DNA of 64,000 bases from Eledone cirrhosa (GCA_964016885.1 CAXHJY010000624.1:1-64000), one strand, 5' to 3'; positions 26,437 to 41,929 are shown, counted from the first letter of the stretch. Notes: generated by a model not told the origin, from the letters alone. Program-made: numbers and translations.

Positions 26437-26611
26437 GTACACATACATATACTATGTGTATATATATATATATATATATACCTATACACACACATATATG
26501 TATATATATATATACCGTACACACACATATACTATGTGTATATATATATATACCTATACACACACATATACTATGTATACATATATATATATACCTATAC
26601 ACACACATATA

Positions 26612-26659
<48 letters not shown>

Positions 26660-27206
26660 ATAGATATTTACAAACACACATATATACATACACACACACA
26701 TATACTATGTATATGTATACATATACACATACACACAATGTAAATATATATATATATATATATACCTATATATATATATACATATATATATACATACCTA
26801 TACACATATTTACAAACATATATATATATACATATACACACATACACTATGTATCTATATATACATAATATCTATACATTATGTGTATATAAATATATAT
26901 ATATATATATACATACCTATACATTATGTATATATATATATATACGTATACACACACATACACTATATATTTATGTACATACCTATACACGCACAGTATA
27001 TATATACATATAAACATACCTACACACACACACACATATATATATATACATGTACATACATATATGCACACATGTATATTTTTATATTGTGAGTGTATGT
27101 GTGTGTGTGTAGACAAATGACGTACATATATACATATGTGTGTACACGTTTATGGATATTTGAAAATGTCTACCGAAAAATGTATGAGCTCTTATGAATC
27201 TACGTC

Positions 27207-27248
<42 letters not shown>

Positions 27249-27333
27249 TATATTTGTGTTATATTTGTATATGATATACATATGTATATATATATCTATA
27301 TATACATATATGCATATGTATACACACACACAC

Positions 27334-27368
<35 letters not shown>

Positions 27369-27681
27369 AATACACATACTTTTTATATATATATACATAC
27401 ATAAACACACGCATACATTATGTATATGTATAGTGTATGTATGTCTGTGTGTGTTTGTATTGGGTAGGTAGGTAGGTAGGTAGGTAGGTAAGTAGGCGTT
27501 AGACCATGTCTGAGGTAGGGTGGAATGTCAGTCAAAAATAAACCAAACGTAGCAAGAATTCCAACTTCCGACTCCAGTCTTTGGCAATATCGTAACATGG
27601 GTGAACATGCCATTTTGTGTCTGTATGTTGGTGTATGTATACATATATATATATATATACACACACACATATGTACATATA

Positions 27682-27723
<42 letters not shown>

Positions 27724-27904
27724 TTGATATATATATATACATATACATATATACACTTAATATATATATGATATATATATATACATAAATATATACATGA
27801 TATATATATGATATATATACATATACATGTACATGATATATATATGATATATATACATATACATATATATGTACATGATATATATATATATATATATATA
27901 TATG

Positions 27905-28546
27905 GTGGCTGCCAACTCGTTTTCGAGTACGGCCACTACTTTATATCCATGTAGGAGAACCCCTACAGATGCGCTGAACGAGTGTGACTTTTTAGTCCAG
28001 CCAGCGACTTGAAAACTCTGGTACAGACACTACACTTGTGACAATTATTGACACATAGTGCTGGGCCAATGGTAACATGTGATGACAAGTGCAGAGAGAT
28101 CTCCAGATATAAAGCAATGCCTGTGCCGTGAAGCTTTTATAGTGAGCAAAGGCACTGCACAAAGCCAGTCCCACTCTCTTAACCAAGATGATATTTACCA
28201 AAAAGAAGAACAAGTCAACATCATTGGATACCATCAGGGTTGCAGGTGTTATATCAGAGTTTTCCTTCTCCTAGAATTCTGCCTTGACAAAGGCTAAGGG
28301 GTCATCTCTCCCGGTGATTTTGGATGGCCATTGACTCTTACGAGCTCCTTTGCCCTTTGACAGGTTTTGTTTTTAGTCCTGCAGGATGTCCAAAGCCACC
28401 CTCCTCACCAAGAAACCTTGGTGGGGTTGCCAGTTTAGTCGCCAACGACCCGACCATGAGACAGGTTGTACTGGGATACATGTTACCAGTAGCACCAACT
28501 GGTGACCATACAAGTGTATATATGTATATGTATATATATATATCAA

Positions 28547-28588
<42 letters not shown>

Positions 28589-28635
28589 TATATGTACATG
28601 TACAACTGGTGACCAGTAGCACCAACTGGTGACCT

Positions 28636-28638
<3 letters not shown>
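27905..28638 (-). mobile_element. ~600 bp non-autonomous RTE-like retroelement, copy 2, with rearranged 5' end
   Basis: Near-identical to 13267-13872; 5' terminus duplicated around an AT-rich insert at 28508-28602. Confidence 0.65.
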
Positions 28639-28673
<35 letters not shown>

Positions 28674-29020
28674 CATATATATATACACTTGATATATATA
28701 TATGATGTATATATATATACATATATATACATAAATATATAGATGATATATATATGATATATATACATATACATATATATGTACATGATATATATATATG
28801 ATGTATATATATATACATACATATATATATACACTTGATATATATATATGATGTATATATATATATATACATATATATATATACACATATATACACTTGA
28901 TATATATATGATGTATATATATATACATATATATATATATACATATATATATATACACATATATACACTTGATATATATATGATGTATATATATACATGA
29001 TATATATATATATATATATG

Positions 29021-29051
<31 letters not shown>

Positions 29052-29269
29052 ATATATATATATATATACATATGATATATATATATATATATGATATATA
29101 TATATATACATATGATATATATATATATGATATATATATATATGATATATATATATACGTATGATATATATATATATATGATATATATATATACGTATGA
29201 TATATATATATATGATATATATATATATATACATATGATATATATATATATATCCTGTATATATTTCGA

Positions 29270-29700
29270 GGTTTAGTGGGTAGGGTTCTCGGTTGATGCT
29301 CCTACGTCCCTGGGTTCGATTCCACGTGATCCTTTGTGTCTTTGAGCAAGACCCTTTATTTCATGTTGTTGTTGGGTTAGCTGGCAAAAAGGAGTTGTAA
29401 TCTCCCTGAGAACTTCGATAACGGTACATGCATGTGTGGAGTATTTCGTTGTTACCAACATATTGACAATATTCAAGCAATGAATGCTATAGCAGTAATA
29501 ATTGTTGCTACTTTTGGAACAAGGCGGGCGGTGAAGGCGTATGGCTCAGTGGTTAGAGCATTGGGCTTGCAATCGAAAGGTTGTGAGTTGAATTCTCGGA
29601 CAGGGTAATGTGTTGTTTCCTTGATCAAGACACTTTATTGCACGTTGCTCCAGTTTACTCAGCTGTAGAAATGAGATGATAGGACTGGTGTCCCTATCAT
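29270..29700 (+). mobile_element. Two CORE-type tRNA SINEs
   Basis: GGTTCGATTCC B box then TTGAGCAAGACCCTTTATTTCA; second copy TGGCTCAGTGGTTAGAGC A box then CTTGATCAAGACACTTTATTGCACGTTGCTCCAGTTTACTCAGCTGTAGAAATGAG. Confidence 0.75.
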
Positions 29701-29784
29701 TAAATCACCCAAGACACCTCCAACGAGATATACCTTGGAGGAGACCCGCTAAACCTGCATAGGTGTGAGCTGTCACACACACAC

Positions 29785-30575
29785 ACAAGGCCAGCAATTA
29801 ACCAGTGCATTACTGGTGCTTTATTTCATCGACCCCGTAAGGATGAAAGGTAAAGTTAACCTCGGCGGGATTTGAACTCAGATCATAAAGGGACGTAACT
29901 ATGCTGGAAAGCATGGCGTCCGACCCTCTACCGATTCTGCCAATCCACCGAATAATAATAAAATATGTCGATAGTCGATCGACTCTCGTCAAATCGGACC
30001 GAGGAAACAATGTTTCCATTGGTCTTTTCAATTGCTAATACTATCTATCGGTTGCAACTCCAGGTAGAAGGAACAACGTGAAATAAAGTGTCTTGCTCAA
30101 GGACATAACGTATCAACAGGTCCGGGAATCGAACTTACAACCTCACGATTGCGAATCCAGTTCTCTAACCACTCAGCCACACGCCTTCACATAAAATAGG
30201 TACTAGCCTAAATTACGGTGTTACTACAGCATGGCCGCAGTCCACTGACTGAAACAAGTAAAAGAATACAAAGGGCCCAGCATATCCCGTAATTTAATTG
30301 TTTCTACTTTTGGATTTGAACTCAGACCGTAAAGGGACGTAACTACGCTGGAAAGCATGTCCGACCCTCTACCGATGCTGCCAATTCATAGCAGTAATAA
30401 TTGTTTCTACTTTTGGCACAAGGCCAGCAAAAACCCAGTGCATTACTGGTATTTTATTTTATCGACCCCGTAAGGATGAAAGGCAAAGTTAACCTTGACG
30501 GGATTTGAACTTAGATCGTAAAGGGACGTAACTACCATGGAAAGCATGTCCGACCCTCTACTGATACTGCCAATT
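29785..30575 (-). mobile_element. Minus-strand SINE cluster: tRNA-SINE 29785-29950, CORE SINE 30010-30190, tRNA-SINE partial dimer 30296-30575
   Basis: Reverse complements of the two SINE families described above. Confidence 0.8.
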
Positions 30576-30822
30576 CATAGCAATAATAATGATAGACCCA
30601 TGCGCTCCAACAAACATCTCGGCTCCCACCCCCTCGCGCTGGATTACTAACTCACCCACCTCCCTCTTCTGATTAACCCCTCTCCTTGTTTTCGTCCCCA
30701 ACCTTCTAACCTCTTTTTTTCTAAGCTTTCCTCCTTTCCGATGAAAGCACTAACGTCCGATATGTTGAAATATTTTTTTCCATCAAGACTGTTATTGTAT
30801 ACCTGTGTGCCTCTTGATATAT

Positions 30823-31263
30823 ATAATAAACGTAATGAAGGAGTAACCATTCGTCCTTGTATTACTATATTATATTATATTATATTATATTATTAAAGTA
30901 CCAGTAATGCACTGGGTAATTGCTGGCCTTGTGCCTAAAGTAGAAACAATTATTATATTACACTCTAGGGCGGTGAATTGGCAGTATCGGTAGAGGGTTG
31001 GACGCCATGCTTTCTAGCATAGTTACGTCCCGTTACGGTCTGAGTTCAAATCCCGCCGAGGTTCACTTAGCCTTTCATCCTTACACTGGTCGATAAAATA
31101 AAGTACCAGTAATGTACTGAGATAATTGCTGGCCTTGTGCCAAAAGTAGAAACACTTATCATATTACACACTGTCTAACTCTACACCGCGATACTGATGT
31201 GAACCTGAACATCGAGTGCTCGCCCGGGTGAACCTACAGTAACTCCACGTTACACTCCCTGGA
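30823..31263 (+). mobile_element. Family B mini-element interrupted by a 1.3-mer SINE (30895-31157)
   Basis: 30826-30862 matches the palindrome arm of 5083-5203; 31165-31263 is the reverse complement of 4966-5065; SINE tail plus a full unit lie between them. Confidence 0.75.
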
Positions 31264-31307
31264 TGGATTGATATATATATATATATATATATGAAATGTA
31301 TGGCCTT

Positions 31308-31388
31308 ACACACGCTGATGAACCGAGACTAGACCATTTCTTTCAACAAATTTTTTGGTGAAACATATCTTTGGATTTGTACGTGTGT
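31308..31388 (+). ncRNA. Type I hammerhead ribozyme with complete core
   Basis: Stem I ACACACG/CGTGTGT (7/7), CTGATGA 31315-31321, stem II ACCGAGA/TTTTGGT with long loop, GAAA 31360-31363, stem III ACATATC-tttg-GATTTGT (6/7), GUA cleavage after 31381. Confidence 0.8.
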
Positions 31389-31800
31389 TATATAGTTATA
31401 AAGGTATTTATTTACGCTTTAATTTATATTTTTAATTATCGTGTCTATAGTCTGCCTTTCATAGGTTATAGATTCCATACACTGGTGGTTTTTTTCCCTG
31501 TATTATTGGTAACGCACTATATATCTCTCTCTGGTGTGTTACCTTCTCAACATATTATATTTTAAAGGGCTCAGGATCTCTTCCCCTTTGAGCACATTAT
31601 TTACAGGGAATAACGACGGCCTATGCCTCCGTTAATTTATCGTGATATATATATATATATATATTTATTGGTTCTTATATATTTGATATATATTTATCCT
31701 TATCGAGCCCTCTTTGGATTTTAGTCTTCAAATTTATTATTATTATTACTATATATATTAACCCTTGTGGTTAATAAAGAAAACATTATTACTATATATA

Positions 31801-32074
31801 TAGGAACGAGTGGGACCCCGACGGCTGAGCTCAAGCCGTTTCGATGGCTAATTCTGGACTAAATGAAAATTTTTATCCTGGTATATTAATAGCCGAGCTT
31901 CTCATATATTCATATACCACGATAAACATTTCATTTAGTCCAGAATTAGCCGTCGAAACGGCTTGAGCTCAGCCGTCGGGGTCCCACTCGTTCCTATTAC
32001 CCACTCTACTACCCCAAGTATTGAGTACTTTGGTGCGTTATGGTCCACCTGGTTCCTTACCACATTTCCTTCGT

Positions 32075-32075
<1 letters not shown>
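31801..32075 (+). mobile_element. Fold-back mini-element, GGACCCC family, longest palindrome
   Basis: ~196 bp hairpin 31801-31996 with perfect outer arms and an imperfect inner extension, then shared tail; (TA)n flanks. Confidence 0.9.
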
Positions 32076-32105
<30 letters not shown>

Positions 32106-32276
32106 TGATATTGGTACCGTCTCAATAAACCACAGATCTACTGAATCACATAATCTCTCTCTCCCTCTCTCTCTATATATATATACACATACACCACAAA
32201 AAATAGGTACACACATACTCATATATATATGTATATACATACATAAATAAATAAATACACATACATCTACCTACTT

Positions 32277-32327
<51 letters not shown>

Positions 32328-32785
32328 AATATTCAATAATAATAATAAAATAATTTCTTTGTCAGTTAATTCAATATTGTTTTCCACCCGTAACACTCCC
32401 CACCAACGTTACTGTTATAATATATAATACATTATATCGCCATGTTTAATCTTAATTTAAAAAAAAAAAAAAAACTGAACTGAAAAGCAATTTCTGGTAA
32501 AAGAGTAAAACAACAACAACAACAACAACATCTACAAGGCCCCCCCCCCAAAACAACAACAAAAATAAGACTATAATGACAACAACAATAACTACAACCA
32601 AAACAACACAGCATTGAACGTCAGACAAAATGGCGGTTTACTATGTGCGTGAGTAAATGTGTGTGTGAAAGTGTGTGTGAAAGTGTGTGTGAAAGTGTGT
32701 GTGTGTGTGTTAAGTTTCTATTAATTAAAGCTATTATAATATATCTTGGTGTAGTTAATTTATAAAAACGACACACGCACGTATG

Positions 32786-32816
<31 letters not shown>

Positions 32817-32979
32817 TTATATCTACATACATGTTATATATATTTACACACAGACACAAACACACACATATAATATATATATATATATATTATATATAAA
32901 TTTTTACACACACACACATATATTTTCTTATTTACTTAACCAGAGAGATCGACTCACAGACATATACATATATACACAT

Positions 32980-33013
<34 letters not shown>

Positions 33014-33154
33014 TACATATATTAAGAGAAGGAGTGGGTGAGAGAAAGTGGGGGGGGGGATTCTAACATTTCTAATCTTGTTAATAATGAAAATCTGTTC
33101 AAGACTTCTAAATAAATGAAGTTAGATTGAAACAAACACCGCACTATATATATA

Positions 33155-33204
<50 letters not shown>

Positions 33205-33579
33205 GGGGGGGGGGGAGATACGTGTACTTTAATATATATATATATCCACACACACATGTATATATATATATATATATATACATGTGTGTATATATATGTA
33301 TGTCATACCTACCTGAAAGAAAAGAAAATCAAGAATAATAAATAGATCAATAAATATAAATTTAATATCGATATTAAAAAAGTAAAACTATTTAACAATC
33401 ACGGCGATAAGTGTTTCGATATTGAAAGGATAGAAATGAAAGGAAAGGAAAGGAAACAAGAACAGAGAAGAAAAGAGAAAAGAATTCATCAGGAGGACTT
33501 CAAAGAAATATTATTATTAGTTTAAATTAAAGCATTTTAAAAATGTGATGCAATTTGATTTACGATGCTAATGCCGTCT

Positions 33580-33776
33580 CTGCTACTACTGTTGTGACAC
33601 TACTACTACTACTACTACCACCACCACCACCACTGCCACTACCATTACGACCACTACTATTACCACCACCATTACCACCATTATTACTACAACTACTACT
33701 ACCACTACCAACTACTGCCACTACCATTACGACCACTACTATTACCACTACCATTACCACCACTATTACTACCACC

Positions 33777-33808
<32 letters not shown>

Positions 33809-34410
33809 CAACTACTGCCACTACCATTACGACCACTACTATTACCACCACCACCATTACCACCACTACTGCTACTACTACTACTAATATTACTACTACT
33901 GCTACTACTAACACCTCTACAACTAACACTACCCCATCCACCACTAAAACTACCAACACCCCTACGACTACTACCACCACTACTACAACTACAACTAATA
34001 CCACTGCTACCACCACCTCCACAACTAATATAACCCCCACCACTACAAAATCTACCACAACTACTACCATCACTATAATTACTACTACCACCCTTATTAC
34101 CTCTACTACTACTACTACTACTAACACTACAATCAATACCACTACTATTACTGTCACTACCACCACCACAGTACTATCACCGCTACTACTACTACTACTA
34201 AATTTACTACCAATACCCCTACTATTATTAGTACGACCACCTGTACGATTACCATCACCACTACTAAAACTACCACTACTACTATTACTATCAGCACCAC
34301 CACTACTACTAAGACTATCACACCCACCTACCACTACTGTTATTATCACCACCCCACCATCACTACTACTACTACTACTACTACAAAAGCTACCACCAAA
34401 GCTACTACTA
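33580..34410. repeat. Compound (ACT/ACC)n triplet repeat
   Basis: Directly visible. Confidence 0.9.
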
Positions 34411-34411
34411 T

Positions 34412-34590
34412 TGGCAGTATCGGTAGAGGGTTGGACGCCATGCTTTCCAACATATTTACGTCCCTTTACGATCTGAGTTCAAATCCCGCCGAGGTTGACT
34501 TTGCCTTTCATCCTTACGGGGTCGATAAAATAAAGTACCAGTAATGCACTGGGTAATTGCTGGCCTTGTGCCTAAAGTAGAGACAATTAT
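34412..34590 (+). mobile_element. tRNA-derived SINE
   Basis: Near-identical to 2929-3107. Confidence 0.9.
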
Positions 34591-35049
34591 TATCATTATC
34601 ACCACCTTTATTACCACCACTATTACTACTATTATCAATACTACTATTACTATCATCACCATTACCACCACCACCAACACTACTACTACTACCAATACTA
34701 CTACTACTACTGTTATTGCTATTTTGTTAATTTAATGATTTTTTTAAATATTTCTTTTCTCTCTTTTTCATCTCCTCCTTCACCATCCCCATCTTATCCT
34801 TGTTCACCTTTCATTTCCTTCCTTCATCTTGTATTAAATCGATATCTGGACCAATATTCTATATTTAATGAGTGTATTGAAAATCAGAAGGGCTGGAAAA
34901 ATAATCGTATGAAATAGTTACATAGAGGTTCATTTAGTTCCATTCCTTTAGTAACTGGGAGTTCGAGTTTAAACCCCACCCAAAGGGGAACTTTTCCTTT
35001 CATCCTTCTTGGATTGATGAAATAAGAACCAGTAATATAGGCGGCGAAT

Positions 35050-35735
35050 TGGCAGAGTTGTTAGAACGTCAGATAGAATGGCAGAGTGGTTAGAACGTCA
35101 GATAGAATGGCAGAATGGTTAGAACGTCAGATAGAATGGTAGAGTTGTTAGAACGTCAGATAGAATGGTAGAGTTGTTAGAACGTCAGATAGAATGGTAG
35201 AGTTGTTAGAACGTCAGATAGAATGGCAGAGTTGTTAGAACGTCAGATAGAATGGCAGAGTTGTTAGAACGTCAGATAGAATGGCAGAGTTGTTAGAACG
35301 GCAGAGTGGCTAGAACGTCAGATAGAATGGCAGAGTGGTTAGAACGTCAGATAGAATGGCAGAGTTGTTAGAACGTCAGATAGAATGGCCGAGTGGTTAG
35401 AACGTCAGATAGAATGGCAGAGTGGTTAGAACGTCAGATAGAATGGCAGAGTGGTTAGAACGTCAGATAGAATGGCAGAGTGGTTAGAACGTCAGATAGA
35501 ATGGCAGAGTGGTTAGAACGTCAGATAGAATGGCAGAGTGGTTAGAACGTCAGATAGAATGGCAAAGTGGTTAGAACGTCAGATAGAATGGCAAAGTGGT
35601 TAGAACGTCAGATAGAATGGCAGAGTGGTTAGAACGTCAGATAGAATGGCAGAGTGGTTAGAACGTCAGATAGAATAGCAGAGTGGTTAGAACGTCAGAT
35701 AGAATGGTAGAGTTGTTAGAACGTCAGATAGAATG
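35050..35735 (+). repeat. 29 bp minisatellite derived from the SINE head (~24 units, TGGCAGAGTGGTTAGAACGTCAGATAGAA)
   Basis: Preceded by the SINE start GGCGGCGAAT; unit aligns to the SINE A-box region at 4007-4037. Confidence 0.9.
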
Positions 35736-35770
35736 CTCTGAAGCTCTCCCCTCTGAGACGCGTATTTCTA

Positions 35771-36452
35771 CCAGAAATTACCCCGACATACATATTTCAC
35801 CTAGAAATTATTCCGACATAAGTCTTTTCTCCACAAAGTACCCCGATACACTTCTTTAAGTCTGAAATTACCCCGACATATGCCTTTCAATCAGAAAGTA
35901 CCCGACATATGCCTTTCAATCAGAAAGTACCCGACATATGCCTTTCAATCAGAAAGTACCCGACATACACCTCTCAATGAGAAAGTACCCGACATATGCC
36001 TTTCAATCAGAAAGTACCCGACATATGCCTTTCAATCAGAAAGTACCCGACATACACCTCTCAATGAGAAATTACCCCGACATATGCCTTTCAATCAGAA
36101 AGTACCCGACATACATCTCTCAATAAGAAAGTACCCGACATATGCCTTTCAATCAGAAAGTACCCGACATACACCTCTCAATAAGAAAGTACCCGACATA
36201 TGCCTTTCAATCAGAAAGTACCCGACATATGCCTTTCAATCAGAAAGTACCCGATATATGCCTTTAATCAGAAAGTACCCGACATACACCTCTCAATGAG
36301 AAAGTATCCGACATACACCTTTCAAGAAGAAAGAATCTCGACATGCGTGTTTCTATCATAAAGTCCCTCGACATACGTATTTCTGCCACACAAATTTCAT
36401 CCAGAAAGTGACCCGATATACGTCATTCATCCAGAAAGTGACCCGATATACG
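35771..36452. repeat. 29 bp minisatellite CAGAAAGTACCCGACATATGCCTTTCAAT with variant units
   Basis: Period 29 (35892, 35921, 35950); TATGCCTTTC and TACACCTCTC variants alternate. Confidence 0.9.
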
Positions 36453-37082
36453 TCTGTCTGTATGCTTGTTTGTTTGTCCCTTCTGTCTAAAGCATTTCCA
36501 GTCTGTCTTTCTGTCTGTTCTCTCTAAAACACTGTCAATCTGTCTGTCACTTCTGTCTAAAACACTATCTGCCTGTCTGTCTCTATGTCTAAATCACTGT
36601 CTGTCTGTCTGTCTGTCTGTCTGCGGGCCTATCTGTCAGTTTGTCAGTCTGTCAAAATCACTGTCTGCCTGTCTGTCTATCTGTGCGTGCCTCTGTGTCA
36701 GTTTATCTGCCTGTGTGTCACTCTGCCTGACTCTTCTGTCTAAAACACTAAATCTGTGACCTTTAACCTCTTAGTTTTCAATGACACGAGACGACAAAGA
36801 TGTTTGGATGATGACGATGGTGATGACTACCGGTGATTGTTATCGTCTCTCTCTCTCTCTCTCTCTTTTACCTTATCTACAAGTAATGTGTTGTTTTCTT
36901 TCATGTTGTACACGTTGACATCCTTAATTCCAGCTTTAACGGTTTCGCGCCCTGCCTATTCCCGGCCGCACCACAACAACCTCGGGACATACAAATCTAT
37001 TGAAGATATATTCTTATCTTCATCATCATCATCATCACTATAGTTATCTTTATAAATGTGTATGTGGGTCTATGACTATATA

Positions 37083-38400
<1,318 letters not shown>

Positions 38401-38721
38401 TGCACGTATATATAATAGGTATGTGTGTATTTGTATGTATACGTTTATTTGTGTCCCCATGCTGTATATATTCTTAACAGTGCGTATTATATGCACATAT
38501 ATATATACACACACATATATATGCGTACGTACACACATAAAGACACATACATATATGCATACATACATACATACACATATATATATATACACACACACAC
38601 ATGTATGCATACATATACAGATACGTACATTATACATATATATATACACACACACACATATATATACACACACACACATATACACACACACATATATACA
38701 CATATATACACACACACACAC

Positions 38722-38770
<49 letters not shown>

Positions 38771-39082
38771 TTAATACATCAGTACTAAAAGCACGGCGCC
38801 GATTGTTAAGGGATGCCGGATTATAGATTTTGGTCAATATTGTGGGGTTGGGGGTGAGTGGAATGGTGTGGTAGGGAATTAAACGGAAACATTCTTGGTA
38901 GAGTGAGAGAGAGAGAGAGAGAGTGTGTGTATATGTGAGAGAGAGAGAGAGTGTGTATATGTGAGAGAGAGAGAGAGTGTGTATATGAGAGAGAGAGAGA
39001 GAGAGTGTGTATATGTGAGAGAGAGAAGCGAGGATGTGTAATTTGTATATGTATCATGTTATGTTTGTATTGTACTGTACTG

Positions 39083-39648
39083 GATTGTTGTTGTTATTGT
39101 TGTTAGTGTTGTTATGGTTGTTATTGTTAGTGTTATTATTATTATTGTTAGTGTTGTTATGGTTGTTATTGTTAGTGTTATGGTTGTTATTGTTAGTGTT
39201 GTTATGGTTGTTATTGTTAGTGTTGTTATGGTTGTTATTGTTAGTGTTGTTAGTGTTATTATTATTGTTATTGTTACGGTTGTTATTGTTAGTGTTGTTA
39301 TGGTTGTTATTGTTAGTGTTATGGTTGTTATTGTTAGTGTTGTTATGGTTGTTATTGTTAGTGTTGTTATGGTTGTTATTGTTAGTGTTGTTAGTGTTAT
39401 TATTATTGTTATTGTTACGGTTGTTATTGTTAGTGTTGTTATGGTTGTTATTGTTAGTGTTATGGTTGTTATTGTTAGTGTTGTTATGGTTGTTATTGTT
39501 AGTGTTGTTATGGTTGTTATTGTTATGGTTGTTGTTAGTGTTGTTAGTGTTGTTAGTGTTGTTAGTGTTGTTAGTGTTGTTAGTGTTGTTGTTGTTAGTG
39601 TTGTTGTTAGTGTTGTTGTTGTTAGTGTTGTTGTTAGTGTTGTTGTAA
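39083..39648. repeat. Compound (TTG/TTA/GTG) triplet minisatellite
   Basis: Directly visible. Confidence 0.9.
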
Positions 39649-40906
39649 TGATATTTTGGTTAGTTTTGCTTTGTTTTGTTTAGTTTTCTATTTATTGCTC
39701 ATTTGTGTGTTTCGTTAGAAACCCTCAATATGTTTGTAGTGCGGTTATGTTTAGCTTTTATATCCTCAATGAATATATAATCGAAAAGGAAACAACGCCT
39801 TCTAATGTGTTGCCTCGACCCTCCCTTAACTCCCTTCCGTCCTCCCCCCAGTCCACTTGCACCCCTTGCAGTCACAACGCCATATTCATTGCCCCACACC
39901 CGATCTATGTCCACCCCCGCAGTCCCAAGGCCGTATTCAATCCCTCACACCCTAATCTGTTCCACCCACACCGCCATTGTACAATACAAGGCCATACACC
40001 CCAATCTATGTCCACATACACCACCCCTGCACTTCCAAGGACATATTCGTTGTCTCACACCCCGATCCAAGTCCATCTACACCACCACTGCTACCATACA
40101 AGGCCATATACATTGCCTCACCCCTATCTATGTCCACATACACCACCCCTGCAGTCCCAAGGCCATTTTCATTGCGTCACCCCCCCCCCCCCCCCTATCT
40201 AAGTCCATCCGCAACCCCCGACACACCAAGGCCATATACCTCGCCTCACCCCCCCCCAAGTCCATCAACACCATCGCCGACATGACACAGCAAGGCTGTA
40301 TTCCAGCCATTCACCGCTGCCACCGCCGCCGACATACCAAGGCCCTATTCTCCCACCGCTACTCTACCACCACACCAAAACCCCTCCTCTCTCCTATATA
40401 CACACAACACCGTGTTCTTTGCTTGACCTACGGGGTTAAGAGATTTAGATTGGACGTGATAGTTGAATCGGAAATGGCAAGCAATAAGCTCGGATGTGGC
40501 CGAATCTGGAATTACGTTTCATCGATGTGGCCAACAAACAATTATGCAAGATAATGGCGTTGCCATTGAACAGTGAGGCTGGGGTAGCCACGGCGGCGGT
40601 GGTGGTGGTGGTGGTGGTGGTGGTGTTGTTGTTGTTGTGGTTATGGTATCGATATAGTGGTGTTCCAGGGAGCAACACATACGTAGATGCAAGTACGAAC
40701 GTGCATACATACACATCCTATATTTCTCTCTCTCTCTATATATATATACATATACACACACACACACATATATACACACATATATACGCACATATATATA
40801 TACACACACACATTATATATATATATATATATACATACATACACACATATATATATACATATATACATATATATATACATATATACATATATATATACAT
40901 ATATAC

Positions 40907-40949
<43 letters not shown>

Positions 40950-41049
40950 CATATATATATATATATACATACATATATATACATACACACATATATATAC
41001 ATACACACATATATATATATATATACATATATTCTATATATATATACAT

Positions 41050-41092
<43 letters not shown>

Positions 41093-41851
41093 TTCTATAT
41101 ATATATACATACACACATATATTATATATATATCGAACCAGACAAATTGAATTTGTGCTAGCCCGCCGAACTTTCCTCTTGGTGCATGAGAGAGAGACAG
41201 AGAGAGAGACAGAGAGAGAGACAGAGAGAGAGAGAGAGACAGAGAGAGAGACTGAGATAGAGACACAGAGAGAGACACAGAGAGAGACACAGAGAGAGAG
41301 ACAGAGAGAGACAGAGAGAGAGAGACAGAGAGAGATAAAGCGAGACAGAGAGACAGAGAGAGACAGGAAACCAACAAAATACAATCCAGAGATTCTTATT
41401 CAATAAATTCCACACATACACCCAGACACACACACACACAACACACACACACACGTATACATACACACACACAAAGAAAAATGGACGATTTTATTGTTTG
41501 TTTGTTTATTTATTTGGGGTTTTGTACTTTTTTTGTTGAGATAAGAAACCGTTTGGACAAGAATAAAATGTCGGACAGAAGGAAGTGGACAGTAGAAGGA
41601 TATTAACATATGTGTGGCTAACTTTCTTATTTAATCAACCTACTCACCTCTCCCTCCTCCTCTTCTATATTGTTGTGGCGTTTCGCTCTCAGTGTTCTAT
41701 AGTCAAAATATTTCACTCACTCACTCTTAACCTCTTCTCTTCTCACCCTCTCTACTGAACCCCTTGCTCTATTGCTATTGTTCTATCTCTGTGTTTCTCT
41801 CTCCTGCTAACCTATATATCCATCTCTCTCCTGCTATCCTGACTGTCCGTT

Positions 41852-41913
<62 letters not shown>

Positions 41914-41929
41914 TGTGTGTGTGTGTGTG

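Noticed and set aside
29542-29605. tRNA gene
   Set aside because: Continues into the CORE SINE body; B box degenerate; no acceptor stem or terminator
35050-36452. CRISPR-like 29 bp repeats
   Set aside because: No unique spacers, no cas genes, eukaryotic context
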